Assembly: GCA_023898425.1 (NCBI GenBank)
Contig: CP060222.1
Location: forward strand, 330,001 to 362,000
Direction of reading: 5' to 3'
Length of the DNA: 32,000 bases
Origin: Candidatus Saccharimonadota bacterium
Lineage (GTDB): Bacteria > Patescibacteriota > Patescibacteriia > 2-12-FULL-60-25
Shown piece after piece: positions 1 to 8,337 of the stretch. How positions within the stretch are numbered: position 1 is the stretch's first letter; each line of letters opens with the position of its first letter. The notes under the pieces were generated by a model. That model was not told where the DNA came from, searched no databases, and saw only the letters and a program-made list of their open reading frames with translations. A program made the position numbers and the translations under genes.

Positions 1-1120
1 AGGCACAGCGATTGAGGCATTGATTCTTGAAGCAAACCTCATTAAACACTATTGGCCTAAGTACAATGTCTTACTAAAAGACAATAAGAGCTTTATGTAT
101 TTGGTCATTACGGATGAAGAATATCCACGACCAATTCTTAAGCGCGCAACGGATCTACTTCCAGAAGAAGAAAAAACTTCGCTGGCCATTTTTGGACCGT
201 ATCTTTCAGCGCGCTCATTGCGCGTGGCGTTGGATTTGGTGCGTAAGGTTTTTCCGTGGTCGACTTGTGTGCCACCAAAACCCCCTTCCACAAATGTGGG
301 AAGGGGGCAGGGGGTAGGGGTTGCGAAGGCCTGTTTTGATTATCAAATAGGTCGTTGTCCCGGCGTATGCATTCGTAAAATTGATGCAAAGACGTATAAA
401 GCAACCATACGTCATCTGATAAAGTTTTTTGAAGGCAAAAAAGAAGACATTGTAAAAGGTTTGACCAAAGAAATGACAAAGCTCGCCAAAGCAGAAAGGT
501 TTGAAGAGGCAGCAAAGATTCGTAATCAACTTTTCTCGTTAGAACATATACAAGATATCGCACTTCTTATGCGTGATGAGCCTGAAGCGCGTACCATTAA
601 GCGTTCAGAAGGGGAGATTGATATTTATGGACGTATTGAAGGATATGATATTTCGCATATTAGTGGCACATCACAAGTGGCGAGTATGGTGGTCTTTCAA
701 AATGGCGCACCTGCTAAAGCGCAGTATCGTAAGTTTAAAATCAAAACTGTAGAGGGTTCCAATGACGTTGGTTCGTTAAAAGAAGTGCTTACACGTCGTT
801 TAAAGCATGACGAATGGCCGCTTCCGCAACTATTATTGATTGATGGTGGCAAGCCTCAAGTGCATGCTGTAGAGGAGGTGGTTCGTGAACTTGGCGTACA
901 GGTGCCTGTTGTTGGGATGGCAAAAGGGCCAGAGCGTAAACGTACGGATCTTATCTGCTCAGATCGGAGTCCAAGTTTATGTACATTATTAGAACCGCAT
1001 ATTGATTTGTTGACGCAAGTACGTGATGAATCGCATCGTTTTGCTATTACGTTTCATCGTAAAGTAAGGAGCGCCGCATTTATTGGTAAAAAATCATCTA
1101 CCAAAACGAAGCGTAAATAG
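1..1120 (+). CDS. uvrC: Excinuclease ABC subunit C (UvrC), 5'-truncated by the window edge; no C-terminal (HhH)2 domain
   Basis: The frame is open to nt 2 (GTAIEALILEANLIKHYWPKYN, the end of the GIY-YIG domain). It has a UVR-type helix (KEMTKLAKAERFEEAAKIRNQL) and RNase H-like endonuclease motifs (IEGYDISHISG, YRKFKIK, LLLIDGGKPQ, RDESHRFAITFHR). The stop comes about 20 aa after the HRFAITFHR motif. Confidence 0.9.
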   Translation, partial: GTAIEALILEANLIKHYWPKYNVLLKDNKSFMYLVITDEEYPRPILKRATDLLPEEEKTSLAIFGPYLSARSLRVALDLVRKVFPWSTCVPPKPPSTNVGRGQGVGVAKACFDYQIGRCPGVCIRKIDAKTYKATIRHLIKFFEGKKEDIVKGLTKEMTKLAKAERFEEAAKIRNQLFSLEHIQDIALLMRDEPEARTIKRSEGEIDIYGRIEGYDISHISGTSQVASMVVFQNGAPAKAQYRKFKIKTVEGSNDVGSLKEVLTRRLKHDEWPLPQLLLIDGGKPQVHAVEEVVRELGVQVPVVGMAKGPERKRTDLICSDRSPSLCTLLEPHIDLLTQVRDESHRFAITFHRKVRSAAFIGKKSSTKTKRK

Positions 1121-2228
1121 TGTATACTGTCGGCATGATCGCGGTATCGCTCTTTTTGTGTTGGACGCTCGGAACAATGGCGGTGCTTCTTGTTGTTTTA
1201 GCACTCTATTTGTATTTCTTTTCCTATCATCCAAAAACTGTAGAAGATTGCGCAATTATATCTGATGCAAAAGAAAAAAAACTTCCAAAGGGTAAAGTGT
1301 TAAAAATCATGACGTGGAATCAAGAATTCTTTGGTGGGAGAAATCACGTCTATTTTTTGATCTTCCGCTAAACGAGGGTAAGCGTATTACCGTAGAAGAG
1401 TCAGAGCTACGACGTAATAAAAACCATCTCGTAAAAATTGTTAAAGCTGAAGACCCAGATATTTTGCTTCTGCAAGAAGTTGACGAACGTTCTTCGCGGA
1501 CACGCATGCATGATCAAGAAGAAGAATTAGCAGAAAAGCTCAAAGAGTACCCGTATCGCACTTCTGCTTATTACATAAAGTCTGGATTTCATCCACATCG
1601 TCATATCTTGAGACCGTGGAGAATGAAGCTTGTTATTTTTTCAAAATATTCGATCAATGAGGCGAAACGATATCAGCTTAGTATCAAGCCGGCACTCTGG
1701 ATCGTTAGACTATTTTATTTAAAGCGTTGTGTATTAGAAGCGCGTATTCCTTTCGCAGATGGCGGCCATTTTTCTGTTATGAATACGCATTTAGATGCTT
1801 ATGCGCAGGGATCAAATACGATGGCAAAACAGGTTAAAGAAATTAAAGCTTTGCTGACAGAGAGGACAGATCAAAAAATTCCGTGGGTCATTGGAGGTGA
1901 TTTCAATTTGCTACCTAATGACCAGGCGAGAGCATCTTTAGCAGATGACCAAGCAGAGTATTATAACCCACATACAGAACTCCATTATCTCACAAAATCA
2001 TTTGCTCTATTGCCAAAAAAGAGCGAAACGAGAGGGAAGCAAAAAAAGCGCTGGTATACTTATGCTCCAAATCGTAAGGATCTTTTTAAGCTCGATAGAA
2101 CGACGGATTATTTCTTTTATTCAAGCTTACTAATGGCAAAAAATCACAAAGTTCGTTCGCGTGATACTCAAGATATTAGTGATCATGTACCACTGATTGG
2201 GGAGTTTAAATGCAAAAGTGGGAGATAA
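1120..2228 (+). pseudogene. Membrane-anchored endonuclease/exonuclease/phosphatase (EEP) family protein, split by one frameshift as assembled
   Basis: ORF 1120-1371 encodes a TM helix followed by LKIMTWNQEFFGG, a typical EEP N-terminus. ORF 1314-2228 carries the rest (DPDILLLQEVD, NTHLDA, GGDFN, SDHVPL). Adding one T to the T6 run at 1353-1358 joins them as ...HVYFFDLPLNEGK.... Confidence 0.75.
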
Positions 2229-2261
2229 CTTATACACAAGAACAAGAACAGAACGCAATAA

Positions 2262-2284
2262 CTCGCTAAGGTAGCGGGTTTTTT
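2262..2284 (+). terminator. Rho-independent terminator after the EEP gene
   Basis: Stem ctcgct (2262-2267) pairs with agcggg (2273-2278), including one G-U pair, around a 5-nt loop. A T6 run follows at 2279-2284. Confidence 0.6.
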
Positions 2285-2298
2285 GTTCGTGACGCTTT

Positions 2299-2326
2299 TT
2301 GTACAAAAGGAGCAAAGTGGTATAAA
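2299..2326 (+). promoter_or_regulatory. Candidate sigma70-type promoter of the mraZ operon (extended -10)
   Basis: TTGTAC (2299-2304), a 16-nt spacer, TGg at 2318-2320 and TATAAA at 2321-2326. Confidence 0.5.
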
Positions 2327-2352
2327 ATGGGAATACGTGGGATGAAGTGGGA
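2317..2352 (+). promoter_or_regulatory. Candidate MraZ operator: four direct hexamer repeats with exact 10-bp phasing
   Basis: GTGGTA at 2317, ATGGGA at 2327, GTGGGA at 2337 and GTGGGA at 2347. They overlap and follow the -10 box and sit just upstream of the mraZ ATG. Confidence 0.6.
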
Positions 2353-2379
2353 ACATTTCAAAACACGAATTATACGCGC

Positions 2380-2811
2380 ATGTTTATCGGAGAATTTCAT
2401 CATAGTCTCGATGAAAAAGGCCGAATGTCTATTCCGGCGAAGTTTCGTGCTGCCCTCGCGGAGGGTGTCGTCGTCACTCGTGGTTTAGATCGCAGTCTCT
2501 TTCTTTATCCTAAACAGGAATGGGAAGTGCTTGCTGCAAAACTTGCTGCGCTTCCACTTGGTCAGGCTGATACTCGTGCTTTTGCACGTTTGATGCTAGC
2601 CGGTGCAATGGAAGCAGAAATCGATAAAGCGGGTCGCGTATTATTGCCAGAATATCTGCGTACCTATTCAGGGTTGCAGAAAAACGTTGTTGTTGCTGGT
2701 TTGTATAATCGTCTCGAAATTTGGGACGAAGATGCTTACGAAGCCTATGCTCGTCAAACCGAAGAGCAAGGTAATGCCATTGCAGAACGATTAACCGATC
2801 TAGGAGTATGA
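2380..2811 (+). CDS. mraZ: Transcriptional regulator MraZ
   Basis: MFIGEFHHSLDEKGRMSIPAKFR plus a second SpoVT/AbrB-like half (DKAGRVLLPEYLR). I chose ATG 2380 over the track start at 2347, which lies inside the repeat array. Confidence 0.93.
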   Translation: MFIGEFHHSLDEKGRMSIPAKFRAALAEGVVVTRGLDRSLFLYPKQEWEVLAAKLAALPLGQADTRAFARLMLAGAMEAEIDKAGRVLLPEYLRTYSGLQKNVVVAGLYNRLEIWDEDAYEAYARQTEEQGNAIAERLTDLGV

Positions 2812-3713
2812 GCCAATCCATCCATATCGCTGTGATGCTCGAGGAAACCATGCTTGGCCTCGAACCACATGATGGCGGTGTCTATGTTGACGGTACTCTT
2901 GGTGGCGCCACGCATACGCGTGAGTTGTTAAAGCGTTCAGCACCAACAGGTCGTGTCTATTCGTTTGATGTTGATCCACAAGCTCTTTTGAGAGCAAAGG
3001 AGACGCTCACTGAATACGGCGACCGATGGCAGGGGATAGAAGCAAACTTTCGCGCCATGGCAGATAGCCTACGTGAAAGAGGTGTGAACTCGGTAGACGG
3101 TATTCTGTTAGATCTCGGTTTCTCCTCTGATGAGATCTCAGATCCGAAAAAAGGTCTGTCTTTTCAGCTCGAAGGTCCACTCGATATGAGGCTTGGTCCA
3201 AAAGCAAATGAAGACGGCTTAACTGCTGCAGACATTGTAAATACGTGGAAGGTGACAGAGTTAACTGAAATGATCCGCAACTTTGGCGAAGAAAAGTTCG
3301 CCTTCAGAATTGCTACGGCTATTGCCGACGCGCGTCGCGTGTCCCGCATTACTCGTACGATTGAGCTCGCGGGGATTATCAAAGCTGCTGTCCCAGCCAA
3401 TTATGAACAAGGTCGCATTCACCCAGCTACAAGAACCTTTCAGGCCTTACGCATGGCAGTTAATGATGAGATTCAGTCGCTAAAACAGGCTATCGAGAGT
3501 GCTTATAGCATTCTCGCCCCTAATGGCCGTTTGGCGATCATCTCCTTTCACTCCATCGAAGATCGCGTAGTAAAACTCGCGCTCAAAGATGAAGAAAAAT
3601 GGTCAAATCTCTACAAAAGACCTTTGACACCAGGTGAGCAAGAACTCACCGAAAACCCGCGTTCACGTAGTGCAAAGCTGCGTATCGCATCAAAAAACGA
3701 ACCTTCACTATGA
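2808..3713 (+). CDS. rsmH: 16S rRNA (cytosine1402-N4)-methyltransferase RsmH
   Basis: HIAVMLEE...GVYVDGTLGG, LLDLGFSS, FHSIEDR and NPRSRSAKLR motifs. Its start overlaps the mraZ stop in an ATGA. Confidence 0.93.
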   Translation: MSQSIHIAVMLEETMLGLEPHDGGVYVDGTLGGATHTRELLKRSAPTGRVYSFDVDPQALLRAKETLTEYGDRWQGIEANFRAMADSLRERGVNSVDGILLDLGFSSDEISDPKKGLSFQLEGPLDMRLGPKANEDGLTAADIVNTWKVTELTEMIRNFGEEKFAFRIATAIADARRVSRITRTIELAGIIKAAVPANYEQGRIHPATRTFQALRMAVNDEIQSLKQAIESAYSILAPNGRLAIISFHSIEDRVVKLALKDEEKWSNLYKRPLTPGEQELTENPRSRSAKLRIASKNEPSL

Positions 3714-4090
3714 TACAAAATACACGTGCGCATTACGCCTATAGCCTACGCTCGCCACAGCAAGCGCTTGGTTTAGCATTGCCTTTAGGTAAGCGTCTCG
3801 CGCATGTTGCAGAACGTTCATGGGTATATTTACTCATTGGGCTTTCTGTTATTGGTATGGTCTCTTACGTGTTTCAGATGAATCACACAGCAACAAAAGG
3901 ATTTGCTTTACGTGATGAAGAATATCGTCTCGATCGCTTGCGTATGACCGTGGCTTCACTTGAAGACCAGGTCGCGCAAAAGCGCGCTATTCGAAGCATT
4001 GAGTCACGTGTAAGCGGTCTTGGGTATGTTGCTGCAGAACGTATGGAATTTGTTGATATCAATCGTGAAGGTGTAGCTGTCGCACGGTAA
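3710..4090 (+). CDS. FtsL-like bitopic cell-division protein (single TM plus coiled coil)
   Basis: Sits immediately after rsmH with an ATGA overlap. It has one TM helix (WVYLLIGLSVIGMVSYVF) followed by a heptad-like segment. The call rests on position and architecture only. Confidence 0.55.
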   Translation: MIQNTRAHYAYSLRSPQQALGLALPLGKRLAHVAERSWVYLLIGLSVIGMVSYVFQMNHTATKGFALRDEEYRLDRLRMTVASLEDQVAQKRAIRSIESRVSGLGYVAAERMEFVDINREGVAVAR

Positions 4091-4164
4091 CTTCGGGCAT
4101 GAGTTTGTCACTGTTCATTGATAGTGGCGCCCTCATGCCGGTAGTTACAATCGTAATCACCGAG

Positions 4165-4198
4165 ATAATCCTCCCTCATAGCGTGTAGGGAGGATTAT
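4165..4198 (+). terminator. Strong stem-loop after the ftsL-like gene (possible terminator or processing site)
   Basis: Perfect 12-bp stem, ataatcctccct (4165-4176) with agggaggattat (4187-4198), and a 10-nt loop. The tail is only tgtt, so it is not a textbook intrinsic terminator. Confidence 0.45.
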
Positions 4199-4207
4199 TG
4201 TTATAAT
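4199..4207 (+). promoter_or_regulatory. Extended -10 promoter (TGtTATAAT) positioned for a leaderless mRNA starting at ATG 4214
   Basis: TG at 4199-4200 and TATAAT at 4202-4207. Six nt separate the -10 from the A of ATG 4214. There is no SD sequence. Confidence 0.45.
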
Positions 4208-4213
4208 CAGCGT

Positions 4214-4600
4214 ATGTCAGCGCCACTTACATCTTCTTTCGGTATTATTCTTTCAGAGTTATTTGGCGTTATACCAAAAACGTTTTTTTGGTGGTATTCG
4301 GATGGGCTTACGCGCATTCTTGCATGGTCACAACAACGACTTTCGTTTCGTTGGCGTTCGCTTGCAGTACGTTCTTGGTCCAAGCACTTATTTCAGCCAA
4401 TGTATGGTCAATATGATTTTACGGGTAGAGCGATAAGTGTGGTGATGCGTTTTCTTGTTTTGTTGTGGAGATTGTTCGTACTGTTTTTCACGATATTACT
4501 CTACTTTATTGTCATCTTGCTCTGGTTTTTTGTCCCTGCTTTCGTCGTTGCATTGCTCGTTTTAAATAGTATGGCGGCACTTGGCTTTATTCGAATTTGA
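4214..4600 (+). CDS. Hypothetical small membrane protein (soluble N-terminal half, two C-terminal TM helices)
   Basis: 128-aa ORF ending 4 nt before the Clp-like gene. The C-terminus is hydrophobic (VVMRFLVLLWRLFVLFFTILLYFIVILLWFFVPAFVVALLVL). I recognise no family. Confidence 0.6.
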   Translation: MSAPLTSSFGIILSELFGVIPKTFFWWYSDGLTRILAWSQQRLSFRWRSLAVRSWSKHLFQPMYGQYDFTGRAISVVMRFLVLLWRLFVLFFTILLYFIVILLWFFVPAFVVALLVLNSMAALGFIRI

Positions 4601-4603
4601 TCT

Positions 4604-7267
4604 ATGGATATTCAACACATTCCTTGCGAAAACTGTCCTACCGATGAAGTAGGGAGCCTTTGTCAGCATTGCCAAGGGGCAAAGTTTGCATTGCTCGTTG
4701 ATAATACTGAGCAACTTGTTTGGTCAAAGGCTATTGAGCCATCACTCTTTGCAACAAGGCGCGTTCAAGCTATTGCTCGAAAAATAAGTGTCGCATTGAT
4801 TGTATTAAGTATTTTTGCTTGTCTTATTGGCCTTGTTTGGGTATTGGCAATGCCGTCAACACTTTTTTCATTAGGTCTCATTGTTTCTGGATCGACGTTT
4901 GGTTTTTTGTTCTGTGGTGTGCTAATTGCCTCGTTGTTGTTAGTCTTCCGTGCAGTGACGTGGTCTGATACGCAAAAGCTCATCCCACCGCTTGCAGTAA
5001 ATATTCCGGCAACGCCCTATATCCGAGAGGTTTCGCAATACCTCGATACGAGCGGTTGGCAAATATTACAGCTCGCCTATGACTTATCCTCAAAGCAAGA
5101 GCGTGCATTTCTCTCGCCGATACATGTATTTGCAGCGGCACTCACTTCTTCGCAGGGCGGCACGCTTCTATCTCGTCTCGGCACAACGTTTGAAGCTTGG
5201 AAGGCGCAACTCAGTCAGTTATTGGCGCGTATAGAATACGCGGATCATGGAAAGCCTGTTTTGTCGGACAATACACGTGAGGTTTTACTACGCGCCTATC
5301 TTTTTGCCAGAGAAAATCAACGACGCACGATTGGTGTATTAGATCTATTTCAAGCTGCGGTAGAGGTTGATGGTTCGATTCGAGATGCATTAGATGTTGT
5401 AGGTGTTCCTCCTGAAAGACTTTCGCAAGTAGCTCATTGGTTACGATTACAAGAGCAACTTATCGAAGATCATCGCGCTTTTCAGCAGCTCGCGCAATTA
5501 AAGCCAGATGCATCAATGGATCGTGCAATGCTTGCACATGCAACGCCACTCTTGGATCAGTATGGTGAAGATTTAACGCGCTCTGCACGTCATGATTATC
5601 TCTTTCCGCTCATTGGAAGAGACAAGGACATGGATCAGCTATTAAGAGGTTTTGAAAGCGGTCATCGCGCGATGACGATTATCGCTGATGCGGGTATTGG
5701 CAAACGAGCGCTTGTCGAAGGCCTCGCTCAAAGAATGGTCATCGAAGATGTGCCAGCTGTTTTATTTGATAAGAGAATGGTTGTTGTGGATGTTGCGCAT
5801 GTTCTTGCGGGGGGTGATCCTGCATATGCGCCGCAACGATTGCTAGAGCTTATTCGAGAAGCAGAAAGCTCTGGCAATATTTTGCTTGTTTTACAACAAA
5901 TTGATGCGTTATTACGTGCGTCTACAAATGGCATAGATCTTGCAGATATCTTGGCTTCTGATCTATCACAAGGGCGTTTAATGTTGCTCGCGACGACAAC
6001 GCCTGGTGCCTGGACCGAGATTATTGAGCCAAATGCGCTCAGCGCACAAATGAGTAAGCTTCTATTAGCCGAGCCAGAACAAGCAGAAGTTATGGAGTTA
6101 TTAATGGCAAAAGCAGGTGGTATAGAATATAAAACTCAAGTCTTTTTTACCTACGGCGCCTTAGAGCAGGCCTATACTTCAGCAAAGCGCTATATCAAAG
6201 ATGTACGTTTACCTAAAAGCGCGCTTCAGCTTATGACGGAGGCGGCTTCTTCTGTGCAACGCAAACGCAGTACAGGTGCCCTTGTTACTGAAGAAGATAT
6301 CGCGCAAATCATCCACGAAAAGACGCGCATTCCTGTAGAATCAATCAACTCAAACGAAAAAGAAAAGCTTCTCGGTTTAGAGGACCGTTTAAAGAAACGT
6401 GTAATTGGACAAGGAGAGGCGGTAAAAGCCGTATCTCAAGCGATGCGTCGTGCACGTGTTGATGTGCGTGAGGCGCGTCGTCCAATGGCAACATTCTTAT
6501 TCTTAGGACCTACAGGTATAGGTAAAACCGAGCTCGCAAAAGCATTAGCCTCAGAATATATTGGTGATGAAGCGTTTTTAGTACGTCTTGATATGTCCGA
6601 ATATCAACTCGCCTCATCGGTCTCTCGTCTCATTGGAGCTCCTGGCGACAATAAAGGCGGACTCTTAACAGAGGCGATTCGAAAACAACCCTTTTCTATT
6701 GTCTTGCTTGATGAGCTCGAAAAAGCACATCCAGATATACTCTCCTTATTTTTACAGGTGCTTGATGATGGTCGATTAACGGATGGTATTGGTAGAACGG
6801 TAGATTTTACAAATACGATTATTATCGCTACATCAAATGCTGGCGCAAGTTATATTCAGCAAGCCGTCAGAGAAGAAAAGTCTCTGGATATTATTAAGCG
6901 TGAACTATTAGAACGCGAATTACAAACCGTCTATCGCCCAGAATTTTTAAATCGTTTTGATGGGGTGATTGTATTCCGTCCACTTACATTAGACGAAGTA
7001 GAACAAATTACCTGGCTTCAAATTAATCGCTTAGCAAAAAACCTACAGACAAAGGGTATTGGGTTTACAGCAGATGACGAAGCAGTGCAGTGGCTCGCTC
7101 GCGAAGGCTTTGATCCGCAGTTTGGCGTAAGACCGCTTAAACGTCTTATTCAAGATAAGGTCGAAACAGAAATTGCGGACGTATTACTTCGTGGTGAGGT
7201 ATCACGTAAAGACACGCTTGTACTCGAAGAGGGTGGACACTTGCGTGTAGATAAATGGCAGGGTTAG
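4604..7267 (+). CDS. Membrane-anchored Clp/Hsp100-family AAA+ ATPase (zinc ribbon, TM helices, Clp_N repeats, degenerate D1, intact D2)
   Basis: N-terminal CENC-x8-CQHC and two hydrophobic helices (about aa 60-115), followed by Clp_N-like repeats. D1 aligns to ClpB/C (TPLLDQYGEDLT, LIGRD, EGLAQR) but reads ADAGIGKR at Walker A and LVLQQID at Walker B. D2 is canonical: GPTGIGKT, VLLDELEKAH, IIIATSN, RPEFLNRFD, GVRPLKR. Confidence 0.85.
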   Translation: MDIQHIPCENCPTDEVGSLCQHCQGAKFALLVDNTEQLVWSKAIEPSLFATRRVQAIARKISVALIVLSIFACLIGLVWVLAMPSTLFSLGLIVSGSTFGFLFCGVLIASLLLVFRAVTWSDTQKLIPPLAVNIPATPYIREVSQYLDTSGWQILQLAYDLSSKQERAFLSPIHVFAAALTSSQGGTLLSRLGTTFEAWKAQLSQLLARIEYADHGKPVLSDNTREVLLRAYLFARENQRRTIGVLDLFQAAVEVDGSIRDALDVVGVPPERLSQVAHWLRLQEQLIEDHRAFQQLAQLKPDASMDRAMLAHATPLLDQYGEDLTRSARHDYLFPLIGRDKDMDQLLRGFESGHRAMTIIADAGIGKRALVEGLAQRMVIEDVPAVLFDKRMVVVDVAHVLAGGDPAYAPQRLLELIREAESSGNILLVLQQIDALLRASTNGIDLADILASDLSQGRLMLLATTTPGAWTEIIEPNALSAQMSKLLLAEPEQAEVMELLMAKAGGIEYKTQVFFTYGALEQAYTSAKRYIKDVRLPKSALQLMTEAASSVQRKRSTGALVTEEDIAQIIHEKTRIPVESINSNEKEKLLGLEDRLKKRVIGQGEAVKAVSQAMRRARVDVREARRPMATFLFLGPTGIGKTELAKALASEYIGDEAFLVRLDMSEYQLASSVSRLIGAPGDNKGGLLTEAIRKQPFSIVLLDELEKAHPDILSLFLQVLDDGRLTDGIGRTVDFTNTIIIATSNAGASYIQQAVREEKSLDIIKRELLERELQTVYRPEFLNRFDGVIVFRPLTLDEVEQITWLQINRLAKNLQTKGIGFTADDEAVQWLAREGFDPQFGVRPLKRLIQDKVETEIADVLLRGEVSRKDTLVLEEGGHLRVDKWQG

Positions 7268-8337
7268 ATAAGACTATGAATCGCGAAACCCTTTATTTGA
7301 TTCTAGCTCTCGTGGGAGGTGCGAGCGCGCTTTTGTCTTGGTCGTTGGCTTTTGCAACACAGCGATTCGCTCGTCGTATTGAAGCGATAGATTATCCAAA
7401 GGGTGGGCGCAAAATCCATACCGTACCAACGCCCCTCTTAGGAGGGCTGGGGATAGGTCTTATTATTTTGATAGCATTTGGGGCTTTGTCGCTTTTTGTA
7501 AATGTTCCGCATTGGTCTATAACCGGGTTAATGATAGCGATGGTCATCCTATTGATCGGTGGTGCACTTGATGACCGGTATGACTTGCCGGCTAAGTATC
7601 AAATCATCTTTCCGGTTGCTGCGAGTGCTATTGCTGTATTTTTTGGGCTATCTATTCAATATATCACGAATCCTATTGGCGGTTCTATTTCGTTAGAGTA
7701 TCTCGTTGTTGGTGGGATAGCATTATTACCGAGTCTTCTGGCATTTTTTTGGTTATTAGGCGTGACCTATGCCACGAAAGTTATGGATGGTCTTGATGGT
7801 CTTGTTACGGGCCAAGTCGTTATTGGCGCATCACTTATTATTGCCTTGTCGCTAACGCAACGTTATTACCAGCCGAGTATGGCAATCCTTGCCGCGGTTG
7901 TCTGTGGTGCCTTTATCGGTTTCTTGCCTCATAACGTAAACCCAGCAAAACAATTTTTAGGTGAATCTGGGAGTACGCTCGCTGGTTTTTTGCTTGGTTC
8001 ACTCGCGATATTAAGTGGTGCAAAGCTTGCTACGGCACTTATGGTACTTGGCTTACCAATCGCCGATCTCTTTTTTGTCCTATTTGGAAGATTAAGGCGA
8101 GGCGTTTCTCTATTTAAGGGCGATGATTCTCACTTGCACCACAAGCTTATTAAGGCAGGACTTGATAAACGACACGCGGTCTATCTGTTGTGGTCGTTAA
8201 CGGCTCTTGCAGGTGCTGCGGGGCTTTTTGTGCAAACTCGAGGTAAGGCCCTTCTGTTTATCTTTTTGTGTGCTGTGACCGCAGGACTTTCTGCTTGGGC
8301 AGATGCAAGTTATAAGCAAAGACAAAAATCACTATGA
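7255..8337 (+). CDS. Glycosyltransferase family 4 polyprenyl-phosphate sugar-1-phosphate transferase (WecA/TagO-like MraY paralogue)
   Basis: Polytopic membrane protein with DDRYDL, KVMDGLDGLVTG, NVNPAKQFLGESGS and DSHLHHKL motifs. The start may be ATG 7255 (13-nt overlap with the Clp gene) or ATG 7276. Confidence 0.8.
   Translation: MAGLDKTMNRETLYLILALVGGASALLSWSLAFATQRFARRIEAIDYPKGGRKIHTVPTPLLGGLGIGLIILIAFGALSLFVNVPHWSITGLMIAMVILLIGGALDDRYDLPAKYQIIFPVAASAIAVFFGLSIQYITNPIGGSISLEYLVVGGIALLPSLLAFFWLLGVTYATKVMDGLDGLVTGQVVIGASLIIALSLTQRYYQPSMAILAAVVCGAFIGFLPHNVNPAKQFLGESGSTLAGFLLGSLAILSGAKLATALMVLGLPIADLFFVLFGRLRRGVSLFKGDDSHLHHKLIKAGLDKRHAVYLLWSLTALAGAAGLFVQTRGKALLFIFLCAVTAGLSAWADASYKQRQKSL

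Noticed and set aside
4187-4194. AGGGAGGA as a Shine-Dalgarno sequence for the ORF starting at 4214.
   Set aside because: It lies about 20 nt upstream of the ATG, which is too far. It also forms the 3' arm of a perfect 12-bp hairpin and sits upstream of the TGtTATAAT promoter.
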